A DNA stretch of 64,000 nt from Candidatus Latescibacterota bacterium (GTDB lineage: Bacteria; Latescibacterota; UBA2968), in NCBI GenBank assembly GCA_965198115.1, contig OZ240241.1, forward strand, positions 4,736,001 through 4,800,000. Direction: 5' to 3'. A model generated the notes under the pieces. The model was not told where the DNA came from. It saw only the letters and a list, made by a program, of their open reading frames with translations, and did no database searches. Position numbers and translations under genes: made by a program. Shown here piece after piece: positions 41,638-51,959 of this stretch. Position 1 is the first letter of the stretch; the number at the start of each line of letters is the position of its first letter.

Positions 41638-42432
41638 ATGATCTCTTCATACATGGGTCTCTTTGCCGAGAAGCACCACAAACAATTCGACGAGTTCGGT
41701 TACCTCCGGCTCGGGAAGCTTCTGTCCATCGATGAATTACGCGACCTGTGCGATCGTGTGGACGCGCTCATGGTAGGGGAGCTCAAATACGACGACATGC
41801 AGTTTCAACTCGATGGCGACGCACCGGGCTACGACAAACTCGAATCCCGAACGTCCGCACCGACCGAACTGTCCCTGAACTATCGAAGAATCGACGGGCT
41901 CCACAACGACCCCTTCTTCCTCACCTACATGCAACATCCTGTGTTTCGACAGATCACACGCCGATACGTATCCGAGGACGTTTCGGTCTTCCGATCCATG
42001 ATCATGAACAAGCCCGCCGGGTTGGGTACCGAACTCCCGTGGCACCAGGACATCGGCGAGGGCTGGGGCCTCGATCGAAATCCGACCGTGACGGTGTGGA
42101 CCGCCCTCGATGCCGCTACGGTCGACAACGGAGCCATGCAGATCGTACCCGGCAGTCATAAACTCGGCATCCTGAACAAGGGTCATTACGCGTCGGACGA
42201 GGACATCGAGGCGCACGTCGAATCGAACGACGTCGTAGATCTCACAGCAGAAACCGGTGAAGCCATCCTCATCCACAACTGGCTGCTCCATCGATCCGGA
42301 ATCAACAACACGACCAGACCTCGTCGCGCCTTCAGCAGCGCCTACATGGATGCCGACACCGTCAGCGCGAAAACGGGGGAATCGTATCCCGTCATCTTCG
42401 GAAACCATGCCCTGAAGGTCGAGCTCGCCTGA
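41638..42432 (+). CDS. Phytanoyl-CoA dioxygenase (PhyH) family protein
   Basis: PWHQD, WTALD, NGAMQIVPGSH, HRSG.N. Confidence 0.9.
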   Translation: MISSYMGLFAEKHHKQFDEFGYLRLGKLLSIDELRDLCDRVDALMVGELKYDDMQFQLDGDAPGYDKLESRTSAPTELSLNYRRIDGLHNDPFFLTYMQHPVFRQITRRYVSEDVSVFRSMIMNKPAGLGTELPWHQDIGEGWGLDRNPTVTVWTALDAATVDNGAMQIVPGSHKLGILNKGHYASDEDIEAHVESNDVVDLTAETGEAILIHNWLLHRSGINNTTRPRRAFSSAYMDADTVSAKTGESYPVIFGNHALKVELA

Positions 42433-42437
42433 ATCGA

Positions 42438-43211
42438 ATGGCTAAATTGCTGGAAGGGAAAGTGGCGCTCGTCACCGGAGCCGCATCCGGAATCGGGCGG
42501 ACATCCGCCGTGACCCTCGCAAAGAAGGGCGCCAGAGTCGTCGTGACCGATGTCGACGCAGAGGGTGGCGAAGCGACCACACATCAGATCTGCGAAGCAG
42601 GTGGGGATGCGATTTTCCAGACGCTCGACGTGTCCGACGCCGACCAGGTATCAGCCGTCGTTCGTCGAGCGGTAGATCACTATGGCCGCCTTGACTGCGC
42701 GCACAACAATGCGGGAACGGAAGGGACGGTCGAGGACGCGCGCGGAACCCTGGAGACGACCGAGGCGGAATGGGACCGTCTCATGGCTATCAACCTGAAA
42801 GGCATCTGGCTGTGCATGCGCGCCGAGATACCCGCCATGCTCGAAGTTGACGCGGGCGCGATCGTCAACTCCGCCTCCATCTCCAGCCTGGTCGGTTCAA
42901 CGAGCGGATTCGTCGCCTACTCCGCGAGCAAAGCTGGGATCCTCGGCCTCACGCGATCCGCTGCCCTGGAATTCGCGACACGAAACATTCGTATCAACGC
43001 CATCTGCCCCGGCTATATCGCTACGCCACTCTGGCAAAAATACTTCGACGCCGATCAGACCGTCGCTGACCGTGTCACCAAGCTCCAGCCCATCGGCCGA
43101 ATGGGAACCCCCGAGGAAGTCGCCCAGGCGGTAGCCTGGCTCCTCTCCGACGCCGCCACCCTCGTCACCGGCATCGCCCTCCCCCTCGACGGCGGCTTCA
43201 CCGCCCAGTAA
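42438..43211 (+). CDS. SDR family NAD(P)-dependent oxidoreductase
   Basis: TGAASGIG, NNAG, YSASK, DGGFTAQ. Confidence 0.95.
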   Translation: MAKLLEGKVALVTGAASGIGRTSAVTLAKKGARVVVTDVDAEGGEATTHQICEAGGDAIFQTLDVSDADQVSAVVRRAVDHYGRLDCAHNNAGTEGTVEDARGTLETTEAEWDRLMAINLKGIWLCMRAEIPAMLEVDAGAIVNSASISSLVGSTSGFVAYSASKAGILGLTRSAALEFATRNIRINAICPGYIATPLWQKYFDADQTVADRVTKLQPIGRMGTPEEVAQAVAWLLSDAATLVTGIALPLDGGFTAQ

Positions 43212-43247
43212 CCGCCTCAACTTCGGTCACTTGTCACTGGTCAGTTG

Positions 43248-44770
43248 TCACTGCTGCCTACTGGCCGTCCATCCATAGCTGCCGTATTCCATCCGATTCA
43301 ACGGCCCAGGCGCACTCTGCCCCTCGCTCCCCACCTCCACGGTTCCCGACATCTCGTCAGGCTTCACGTCCCCCTCGAACGTGTAAACGAGATGCGTCCC
43401 CTCGTAGCGATGCTCTGTCACGAGTCGCACTCGCTCACCGTTCACCTCACCCCGAATCGCGTTTTCAAGAAACACTGTCCGGTGTGTCCCACCGATTTCA
43501 GATCCGTTCTGCTCGAGCACCATCGTGTGATCAGCGTCGGCGACGGGGTAGGAAATCGTCACATTCCATTCCCCGCAAACATTCGCGACATCCGGTCCCC
43601 CTCTCCCACTCTCCCCCTCACCCGCTCGGTTCTGGCTTCCCCCAGCCCCCCTGCTGCCTTCAAGGACTTCCCGAATCCGTCCACCCACAATCTCCGCCTC
43701 GCCCTCCTGCAGGGAAAACGGCAGAATGAACACGCTCCCGTCAGTCGAGAATCGGTCATCCAGCATGATACGTGGTTCCGTATCCAGCAGGGTTTGCCGA
43801 AGATCCAACCCGTGGATCGGCATCGTTGAGGGGTCCCATCGGATCTCCAACCGGGGCGTGGGCGATTTCTCCGATTTCGGCGCGAGCAACTCCGTCGCAA
43901 CACCATCCGCCTGTGTCACGATCGTAGCGATCGTTCGCAAATCCGTCTCCCACCGGGCGGCTTCCACACCGCCATCGCGTCCGCCCGCCCAATATTCGAG
44001 GGCCGCCAGGAGTCCCATGATCTCCTCTTTCCCCACCTTCATCATCCGACCGAACGTGTGGTGGGGCGCCGCATTGGTCCAGGCAGCCCGTAGCCACGAC
44101 TCCGACCCGAGCAGCAGCCCGGTCGGCTGCGGCCCTCTCAAATACTTTCCGCCGCTATAGGCGACCATCGTCGCTCCTGCTTCGAGATAGGGATTCGGCC
44201 GCTTCAGGTGTTCCGAAGCCGCATCGACCAGGATCGGAATCCCACGGGAAGCCGCCAGGTCCGCAACATCGTCGACCGACAGCCTCCCCGCTGCCTCGTC
44301 CGATCCGAGCAGCGCCACCATCGCTGCGCGCTCGTCCGACAGCGCTATCTCCATCTCTTCGCGAGTGCCCACCTCGACGATCGTCACGCCGACCGATCGA
44401 ATCGCCTGGTCGTAGGTGAACCGCCCCGTCTTCAGCATCACCACACGATCCTTCAACCCATCCAGCTGAGGTAGCCGGAGAATCTTTTCGGGGTCGCCAC
44501 CCGTTACCGCCGTTGCGGCGGCAACACAGAGCGCGCCCGCACCCCCGACGTGACGATCGCAGCCTCTGCGCCCGTCAGCTCGGCCAAACGCGCGCCCACG
44601 CCATCCATCAGCTCATCCACATTCACAAAACGCTTCGACGCCTCGGCCATCGCTTCCCGGACACACGGCCACATCAGCGTACCGCTGTGGATCGTTCGGG
44701 TTCCGCAACAGTTGATGAACGGCCTCACGCCGATCCGACGATATTCGTCACCTTCAGTCACGCTATGCAT
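43248..44770 (-). CDS. SelA/DgaE-like PLP-dependent enzyme with C-terminal extension, frameshift near 44545
   Basis: GVRPFINCCGT, LTGAEAA, VDAASE, YSGGKYLRGPQ (PLP Lys), MKVGKEE. Confidence 0.8.
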
Positions 44771-45005
44771 CCTCCCACGAATGTGGCCAACGACTCACAA
44801 TGTTCGGCACAATTCAGGTTTCTACTGCAAAGAACCGTTTTGAACGCCGTGTGTGTACGCAAATCTGCCTTACTTCGCAAAAAAGGGTCCTATATCCACA
44901 AACCGATTGACGGCGACCCGCGTCGAAGCCAATTTCGGGATCTCTCACAGGTCCGCACCACGTTTTTCTGGATCTCCGGTTCCCGGTTCTTCGATAGAGG
45001 GCTAC

Positions 45006-45968
45006 GTGCAATACACAACGCTTGGTAGCACCGATTTACGGGTCAGCGTAGCCGGTCTCGGATCCGGCGGATTCAGCAGGATCGGCCAGGGAACCGGGAA
45101 GAGCGAAGCGGAATCGGTGTCGATCGTCCATCAGGCACTGGACTTCGGCGTCAACCTCATCGACACAGCCGCGGCCTACGGAACCGAATCCATCATCGGA
45201 AAGGCCATCTCCAGTCGGAATCGAGACGAAATCGTCCTCTCGACCAAGGCGAACGTCGGAAGGGGCGGAGATCTGGAATCTGCCCATTCCCTCGTAGGTA
45301 GCCTGGACCGATCTCTCACCAACCTCGGTGTGGACTGCATCGACGTATTTCACCTCCACGGCGTCGCACCCGATGCCTACACACACGCGATCGAAAACCT
45401 GGTACCCGCGGCCCTGCGAGAGAAGGAGAAAGGGAAATTCAGGTTTCTGGGCGTCACAGAAGTCCCACCTTTGGATGCCCGACACGAGTCTCTCACCCAG
45501 GCCGTGCAAACGGACTGTTTCGATGTCATCATGATCGCCTACCACATGCTGCACCAATCCGCGAGGAAAATCTTCGCCCGAACGATCGAAAAAGACATCG
45601 GTGTACTCAACATGTTCGCCGTCCGTGTGCTGTTCAGCGAAGACGGTCGACTGAGACGTGTCGTCGATGGCCTCGTGCGCGACGGGCTACTGCCGTCGGA
45701 TCTCGCCGGGGAGTCGAACCCCCTTGGTTTTCTGCTTCACGATGCAGGCGCCCGGACCGTGATCGACGCCGCGTATCGTTTTTGCAGACACACGAACGGC
45801 TCGGATGTCATCCTGTTCGGAACAGGAAACCCCGAGCATCTGAAAGAGAACATCGATTCCATCCTCAGTCCTCCCTTGCCGGAAGCCGACCTGGAAAAAC
45901 TCGAAACGCTCTTCGGCGCCCTTGTTGACGTGGGTCTGGATGCCCCCGGTAGCGTAAAGCCCGTCTGA
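45006..45968 (+). CDS. Aldo/keto reductase
   Basis: LGSTDLRVS, IDTAAAYGTE, STK, IDVFHLH; GAGG RBS before GTG 45006. Confidence 0.9.
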   Translation: MQYTTLGSTDLRVSVAGLGSGGFSRIGQGTGKSEAESVSIVHQALDFGVNLIDTAAAYGTESIIGKAISSRNRDEIVLSTKANVGRGGDLESAHSLVGSLDRSLTNLGVDCIDVFHLHGVAPDAYTHAIENLVPAALREKEKGKFRFLGVTEVPPLDARHESLTQAVQTDCFDVIMIAYHMLHQSARKIFARTIEKDIGVLNMFAVRVLFSEDGRLRRVVDGLVRDGLLPSDLAGESNPLGFLLHDAGARTVIDAAYRFCRHTNGSDVILFGTGNPEHLKENIDSILSPPLPEADLEKLETLFGALVDVGLDAPGSVKPV

Positions 45969-45988
45969 TCCCCATCGTCACAACAGCG

Positions 45989-46030
45989 TTCGACATTCGA
46001 AGTTCGATATTCGGTGTTCGACATTCGTTT
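45989..46030. repeat. Degenerate heptamer tandem repeat (TTCGnnn x6)
   Basis: TTCGACA TTCGAAG TTCGATA TTCGGTG TTCGACA TTCGTTT. Confidence 0.8.
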
Positions 46031-46248
46031 CACAGGATCGTGTCTCCGATATCTACATAACCTCGCCACTCAATGGGATTTCCGCAGAGGTTCTCGTGAT
46101 CAGAGCTTGCCGAAATCTGATTGACGTCCCCGCATGGAAGTAGCACATTGAAACGTCCGCCCCCTCGGAGAAGTCCCCGGGGGTTTTTTGTTTGGTTGAT
46201 TGCAGTGACCACTTATCACACTGGAGGCGATTCAATGGGCAGAGTCAT

Positions 46249-46883
46249 GACCTCCGGCAAAGCCGGAGGCTTGAAAACTTGTGAACCGCTCAAAGCGGTT
46301 GGAAACCAAGCGCCACCTAAAGGTGGCGATTACCTGAAAATGTTGAGCTGGTCGAGACGCCGGTCCTCCCGCTCCTGGTTCTGGATATACTCCCGAACCG
46401 TCTGTTCATCCTTGCCAACGGTGGAGACCCAGTAGCCTCTTGCCCAGAAATGCTGCCCGGTGAAGTTCGACCTGCGTCCCAGATAGTTCCGAGCAATGTG
46501 AATCGCACTCTTTCCTTTGATGAACCCTACCGTCTGAGCTACTGAGTGCTTCGGCGGGATCGAAATCAACGTGTGCACATGGTCGGATCGCAGGTGACCC
46601 TCTTCCACACGGCATTCCTTCTGTGCGGCCAGATCCCGAATCACCTCCCAGATAGCGACGAATTTCACCATACAACACTTTTCTACGATACTTCCGAACC
46701 CAAACAACGTCATACTTGCACTCCCATACCGTGTGACGTAGACTCCTTACGTTGTTCATTAGAGAGCCTTCCTTCCGTGTGCTTTGAGCGGTCCACGGCA
46801 AGGGAGGCTCTTACATATTTCTGGAACTGTCAAACTCTGGGAGTCTCCCCGGCAGAGCCGGGGGCTTACCAAGGTTTAGTTAT
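46249..46883 (-). mobile_element. IS200/IS605-family element (tnpA only)
   Basis: Subterminal hairpins CCTCCGGC-aaa-GCCGGAGG and CCCCGGC-aga-GCCGGGG; no TIR; ends defined by reconstructing the mddA frame (2-bp ambiguity). Confidence 0.85.
46330..46759 (-). CDS. tnpA: Y1 HUH transposase TnpA, frameshift near 46648
   Basis: HTVWECKY, KYRR, DHVH (HUH), KGKS, FWARGY, EYIQNQE. Confidence 0.9.
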
Positions 46884-47660
46884 CGCACTTCTGTACGACG
46901 CGGCTTCCTACCTCATCTTCTTCGTCACCTTCCTCTATGCAATCGGCTTCGTGGGCAATGTGTTCGTCCCGCGGTCGATCGACGTACAGCCCCGCGAACC
47001 GGGTGCATTCGTTCAGTCCGTTCTCATTAACGCCGCACTCCTCCTCCTTTTCGCCGTGCAGCACACGATCATGGCCCGACCGGCCTTCAAGCAGTGGTGG
47101 ACACGAATCATTCCACGGTCGGTCGAGCGCAGCACCTTCGTCCTCCTGGCCAGCCTGATTCTCATCCTCCTGTTCTGGCAATGGCGCCCGCTAACCGGGC
47201 AGATCTGGAGTGTCGAACACGCGGGCAGTCGGCTCGCTTTGACTGCCCTCTTCTGGATCGGATGGCTCACCGTACTTCTGTCGACCTTCATGATCGGACA
47301 CTTCGATCTCTTCCGACTGAACCAGGTCTACAAAAATCTTCGCCAGGAAGAGATCCCGAAGCCCGAATTCAAAACACCGGGGCTCTACAAGCTCATCCGT
47401 CATCCGATCATGCTTGGATTCATCATCGCGTTTTGGGCGACGCCGGACATGACCGTCGGTCACCTGATCTTTTCTGTCGCAACGACCGGCTACATCCTGA
47501 TCGGGATCTGGTTCGAGGAAAAGGACCTCATCGATTTCTTCGGTGACACTTACCGTCAATACAAGCGCGACACCGGCATGCTCATCCCGCTCCCCAAAGG
47601 TGGCAAAGCCGAGGAGCCTGCCCCTGACGCATGATCGATGCGCTTCTCCGCGTCGGTTTC

Positions 47661-47692
47661 CGCCCCGGGCCCCACGCGCCCGGGGCTTTCTC
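47661..47692 (+). terminator. Intrinsic terminator after mddA
   Basis: GCCCCGGGC-loop-GCCCGGGGC followed by TTTTCT. Confidence 0.7.
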
Positions 47693-47826
47693 TCATAGCC
47701 CGCACAAACACCACCTCTGACTGCCCGAAAACGTCCTGTTGCGCGAGCCGGGGATTGCCAACACCTTACTCGACGTCGCGATCGAACTCCTTCTACCCCA
47801 GTTCCACGCAACCCCGGGAGGTCACC

Positions 47827-50328
47827 GTGGAAGGCTACGAACCGCTCGACCTGACATCTCTCACCAACGCCGATTTGAACGTCCTCGAGGAAGGCCCATC
47901 TGCCCCCACGGGCGAGCAACAGTTTCACGGTCTCCCGTTTCTCGTCGGAGCCTCGAGTGGCAATGGATCCTGTTTCATCGCCGCTGGAGGCGACCGTGGC
48001 ACCAAGGCCTTCGACATCCCGGTCGGCAGAGCCGCGCACCACGTGATCGTCGCCCATCGCCTTCTGAATTCTGAGATCCTCGAAAGCGGACCGATCGGCA
48101 ACGCCGTCGCCGACTACGTCTTCCATCTCAAAGGCCAGGATTCGATCAGCGTACCCATCCGGGAGCGCTTCGAAATCGCCACCGTCCCGCACGCAGGAGG
48201 AGCCCCCTTCGACGCGTTTCCCGACCAGAAAGACGGGCTTCAAGCGCGATACGAGGGCCGGTGGGAGGAAGCTGGTCGTCGTCAGATGGAAGCGTCCAGA
48301 GGCACGTCCAGAGGGTATGTCCTGTGGGATTGGGAAAATCCGAATCCGGATGCGGAAATCGATAAGATCGAAGTCATCCCTGCGGGGCCCGGGTTCATCA
48401 TCGCGGCCGTCACGCTCGGAACTTTGGATGAACGCCCTTTCTCCGTCAATGCGCCAGACGAAGTCATCATCACCCTACCCAAATCGGAGGATGCCGACGC
48501 CCCCTTCGACCTCGAGGTCGAAGTCGACCGCGGAATCGCCACCTACCCCTATCCCCTTCCCAGAACATCGAGCGATGATTTCATCGACGGGTCCGACAAG
48601 GGCTGGGGCCAGAAGCGGAACGACCACAACAGTCCCGCCTACGTCGAGGTCGCCGCGACACCCTCGGCTACCGTCAAGGTCAAGACCTCCGACGACGTGC
48701 TCGGCGAAGTGAAGTGGAAAGAACTGACGGAAAAGGGCGAAGTCGACGCCTCCTCGCGTCTCAACGTGCGCCTCGTCAGCGGCGGGAGAAACTGGGTCCA
48801 TACCAAGGTCATCGACGACGCCACGGGCAAGCCCGTTCCCTGTCGCGTCCACTTCCGCTCGCCCGATGGCATTCCCTACGCTCCGCACGGCCACCACGCC
48901 CACGTCAATTCCGACATGGGGACCTGGCACATCGACGTCGGCGGCGATGTCCGTCTCGGTCAGGCCTCCTACGCCTACATCGACGGGACGTGCCAGGGTT
49001 GGCTCCCCCGTGGTGAGGTCATCGTCGACGTCGCACGCGGCTACGAGTACGAACCGATTCGCCAGAAGGTCTCCATCCAATCGGGCCAGCGCGAACTCGA
49101 GCTCCGCATCAAGCGATGGTATCACGCGAACGAAAGCCGGTGGTTCAGCGGCGACTCACACGTTCACTTCCTCTCAACGCAGGGAAGCCACACGGAGGCG
49201 CAGGGAGAAGACCTGAATGTCGTCAACTTGCTCCCCTCGCAATGGGGCAGTCTCTTCACCAACTCCGAGGAATTCACCGGACGCGAGAGTGTCTCTCCAG
49301 ACGGCAACAGCATCGTCTACGTTGGATCCGAAAACCGACAGCACTTCCTCGGTCATCTGATCCTGCTGGGCTTGAAAGAAACCGTCATGCCCTGGTGTAG
49401 CGACGGCCCCGGGGAGGCTGAGCTGGGCGGCACACTCGAAGTGACCATGTCCGACTGGGCCGACCGGACACACGCGCAGGGTGGGACCGTCATCATCCCC
49501 CATCTCCCGAACCCCAACGGTGAGCCCGCCGCCCTCATCGCCACGGGTCGCGCCGACGCCGTCGAGATGCTCCGTCACGGGATGTACAACCATCTCGAGT
49601 ACTATCGATACCTCAACGGGGGTTACAAACTTCCACTCGTCGGTGGCACGGATAAAATGAGCAGCGACGTCCCCGTCGGCATCTATCGCACCTACGTCTA
49701 CATTCCACCCGACGAGCCGTTCACCTACGAGTCGTGGTGTCGCAATCTCACCGCTGGCCGCACTTACCACAGCGGGGGACCGATTCTCGACTTCACCGTC
49801 GACGGCCATCGCATCGGCGATACGGTCAACCTGCCCGGCAACGGTGGCACCGTCGAAGTCAGCGCGACCGCCGAATCGATTCTGCCGATTCACTCGCTCG
49901 AAGTCGTTCAGGAGGGCCGTGTCGTCGCCTCCGCCGAGGACAACAACGGCACAAGGAAGCTCTCGCTCAGCGCGAAGGTGGATGTTTCGGGGCATTCGTG
50001 GCTGGCGATCCGCTGCGGCGGGCCCGGTTACACCACATCGATTCCCCACCACGACGGCTGGGGCCGCGGTCTGATGGCCCACACGTCGCCAGTCTACATC
50101 GCCTGTGGCGAGGAGTGGTGGATGTTCAACCAGGACACCGCCCAGTACATGCTCACCATGATGGACGGCTGTATCACCTACATCGAAAACACCTCGCGGC
50201 AGCATCGTTCGGAGGACATCACCCATCATCACGGCGAAGACGACCACCAGGCCTATCTCGAGCGCCCCTTCGTCGAAGCACGCGAGGCGATCCATAAGCA
50301 AATGCATCAGCTGGGGATTCAGCACTAG
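47827..50328 (+). CDS. CehA/McbA family metallohydrolase with N-terminal beta-sandwich extension
   Basis: WFSGDSHVH, ENRQHFLGH, PH, GGTDK, AHTSPVY; GGAGG before GTG 47827. Confidence 0.8.
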   Translation: MEGYEPLDLTSLTNADLNVLEEGPSAPTGEQQFHGLPFLVGASSGNGSCFIAAGGDRGTKAFDIPVGRAAHHVIVAHRLLNSEILESGPIGNAVADYVFHLKGQDSISVPIRERFEIATVPHAGGAPFDAFPDQKDGLQARYEGRWEEAGRRQMEASRGTSRGYVLWDWENPNPDAEIDKIEVIPAGPGFIIAAVTLGTLDERPFSVNAPDEVIITLPKSEDADAPFDLEVEVDRGIATYPYPLPRTSSDDFIDGSDKGWGQKRNDHNSPAYVEVAATPSATVKVKTSDDVLGEVKWKELTEKGEVDASSRLNVRLVSGGRNWVHTKVIDDATGKPVPCRVHFRSPDGIPYAPHGHHAHVNSDMGTWHIDVGGDVRLGQASYAYIDGTCQGWLPRGEVIVDVARGYEYEPIRQKVSIQSGQRELELRIKRWYHANESRWFSGDSHVHFLSTQGSHTEAQGEDLNVVNLLPSQWGSLFTNSEEFTGRESVSPDGNSIVYVGSENRQHFLGHLILLGLKETVMPWCSDGPGEAELGGTLEVTMSDWADRTHAQGGTVIIPHLPNPNGEPAALIATGRADAVEMLRHGMYNHLEYYRYLNGGYKLPLVGGTDKMSSDVPVGIYRTYVYIPPDEPFTYESWCRNLTAGRTYHSGGPILDFTVDGHRIGDTVNLPGNGGTVEVSATAESILPIHSLEVVQEGRVVASAEDNNGTRKLSLSAKVDVSGHSWLAIRCGGPGYTTSIPHHDGWGRGLMAHTSPVYIACGEEWWMFNQDTAQYMLTMMDGCITYIENTSRQHRSEDITHHHGEDDHQAYLERPFVEAREAIHKQMHQLGIQH

Positions 50329-50481
50329 AGAGGCACCACGAAGACGCCCCCCTCCACCGACACCCCGAGCGGGAGCATGGTGGAGGAAGAGTCCAAGCGC
50401 ATGACAGTTCGTGAACGTTTTCGAAAACCAAACTGGCGTGCTGTCATCCCGGCGTGCTTGAGGCCGGGATCCCTTCTTGCT

Positions 50482-51565
50482 CTAGTGTCGTGTCCCGCGA
50501 ATAAGTTTTAGAAGTCTGTTGAGTTTGTCGAGGATCGAGTCAGCGGTTGCCGTCCACACGAAAGGCTTTGAGTTCTGATTGTATTGGTCTGTGAACTTCT
50601 GGATGCAGGTGATCAGATCCTTGACGTTCCGAAAGGTTCCTCGTCGGATTGCTCTTTGTGTGATGATGCCGAACCAGATCTCTACCTGGTTTAGCCAGGA
50701 GGCATACGTTGGTGTGTAGTGCACGTGGTATCTTTTACGTGAGGTGAGCCAACGTTTGACGTTCTGGTGCTTGTGAGTGCCGTAGTTATCGACGACCAGA
50801 TGGATGTCGAGATCCTTCGGGACGTTTTTGTCAATGTGCTTGAGGAACTGAAGGAACTCTCTGTTGCGATGTCTGGGCTTGCACTGAGTCAGGACTTTTC
50901 CTGATGCGATGTTGAGCGCCGCAAAGAGGGTAGTCGTGCCGTGTATAGCTGTGAGTGACGCCCTCGACATACCCGAGGCCCAAAGGGAGAATCGGTTGCG
51001 TCCGTTCGAGTGCTTGAATCTGGCTCTTCTCGTCTATGCAGAGCACCATTGCGTTGTCCGGCGGGTTCAGGTATAAACCGACGATATCCCTGACTGTCTC
51101 GACGAAGAAGGGATCGTTCGACAGCTTGAAGTGCTTCTGACGATGCGGCTGCAGTCCAACGGCTCTCCATACACGTTGCACTGTGGACTTTGAGAGGCCC
51201 GTCTCATCGGCCATCGCTCGACAGGTCCAGTGGGTGGCACTCTTCGGCTTCTTCTTGAGCGTCTTGTAGATGAGTGAGGAGATCTCTTCGTCGCTAACGG
51301 ACCGCGGACCACCAGGACGTAACTCGTCATACAGTCCCATCAAGCCTTGCTCGCAGAAGCGACGGCGCCATTTGCCAACGGACGCTCCGGACAACCCGAC
51401 TCGTTCGGCGATCTCCTGATTGGTCAGACCACCATCGCTCAGCAGGACGATCTTCGCCCGACGCACCAGAGCGTGAGGCATGCTGCGCGAACCGGACAAC
51501 GACTGGAGTTGATCGCGGACTTCATCACTGATGTTCAGTGGTTGTAACGGACGACCTCTTGCCAT
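50482..51565 (-). CDS. IS630 transposase, frameshifted near 50945
   Basis: HTH, IDEKSQIQAL in ORF 50831..51565; HGTTTLFAAL, DNYGTHK, SWLNQVE in ORF 50482..50970. Confidence 0.9.
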
Positions 51566-51645
51566 CGGTTCCTCCTCACAATGAGTGCCTGAGGAACCTT
51601 ACGACTGTATCACGAATTTTTATAGTTATTCCTGAGACGAGACAC
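50485..51645 (-). mobile_element. IS630-family insertion sequence (type B, full length)
   Basis: IRs GTGTCGTGTCCCGCGAATAA / GTGTCTCGTCTCAGGAATAA, TA duplication in CTAG context; transposase stop codon comes from the target site. Confidence 0.9.
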
Positions 51646-51959
51646 TAGAGGAGTCCAGCAGAATACTGTTCCGACAGCGAGCCTGCCACAGGCCCTGTCC
51701 GGGGAAAGGCCCATTCTGATTTTGCCGCTCATTGGTCGTCCTATGGGCGGCGAGAATAGATCCTCCCTCACGTTCGTTGGGACAGGCTCCCAAGAGGCGT
51801 ACCGGGATGACACGCCTCTCATAACGAGCTATCATCGTCGTGTCACACCGAGCGCACTGCGCAATACGATGAAACGGGCTTCCACGATGGTCCGATGAGC
51901 TACGTGGCCCGTCTACCGTCTTTCCTGACCTCTGACCCCCGACGTCCTGAAAACTGACC

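Larger units (their letters stand above)
46235..47634 (+). pseudogene. mddA: Methanethiol S-methyltransferase gene interrupted in codon 5 by IS200-type element
   Basis: GGAGG, ATG GGC AGA GTC AT (46235-48) joins C GCA CTT CTG TAC (46884-) to give MGRVIALLY; FAVQHTIMAR, ERSTFVL, RHPIMLGF, EEKDL. Confidence 0.8.

Noticed and set aside
43248-44770. True selA linked to the nearby selenoprotein
   Set aside because: Motifs (SGGK, MKVGKEE) fit the DgaE/SelA-like subfamily; no selB, selC or selD adjacent; 6.6 kb from the selenoprotein on the other strand.
46546-46883. Genuine 112-aa N-terminal domain of MddA
   Set aside because: It is the antisense strand of the IS200 element; the native start is at 46235.
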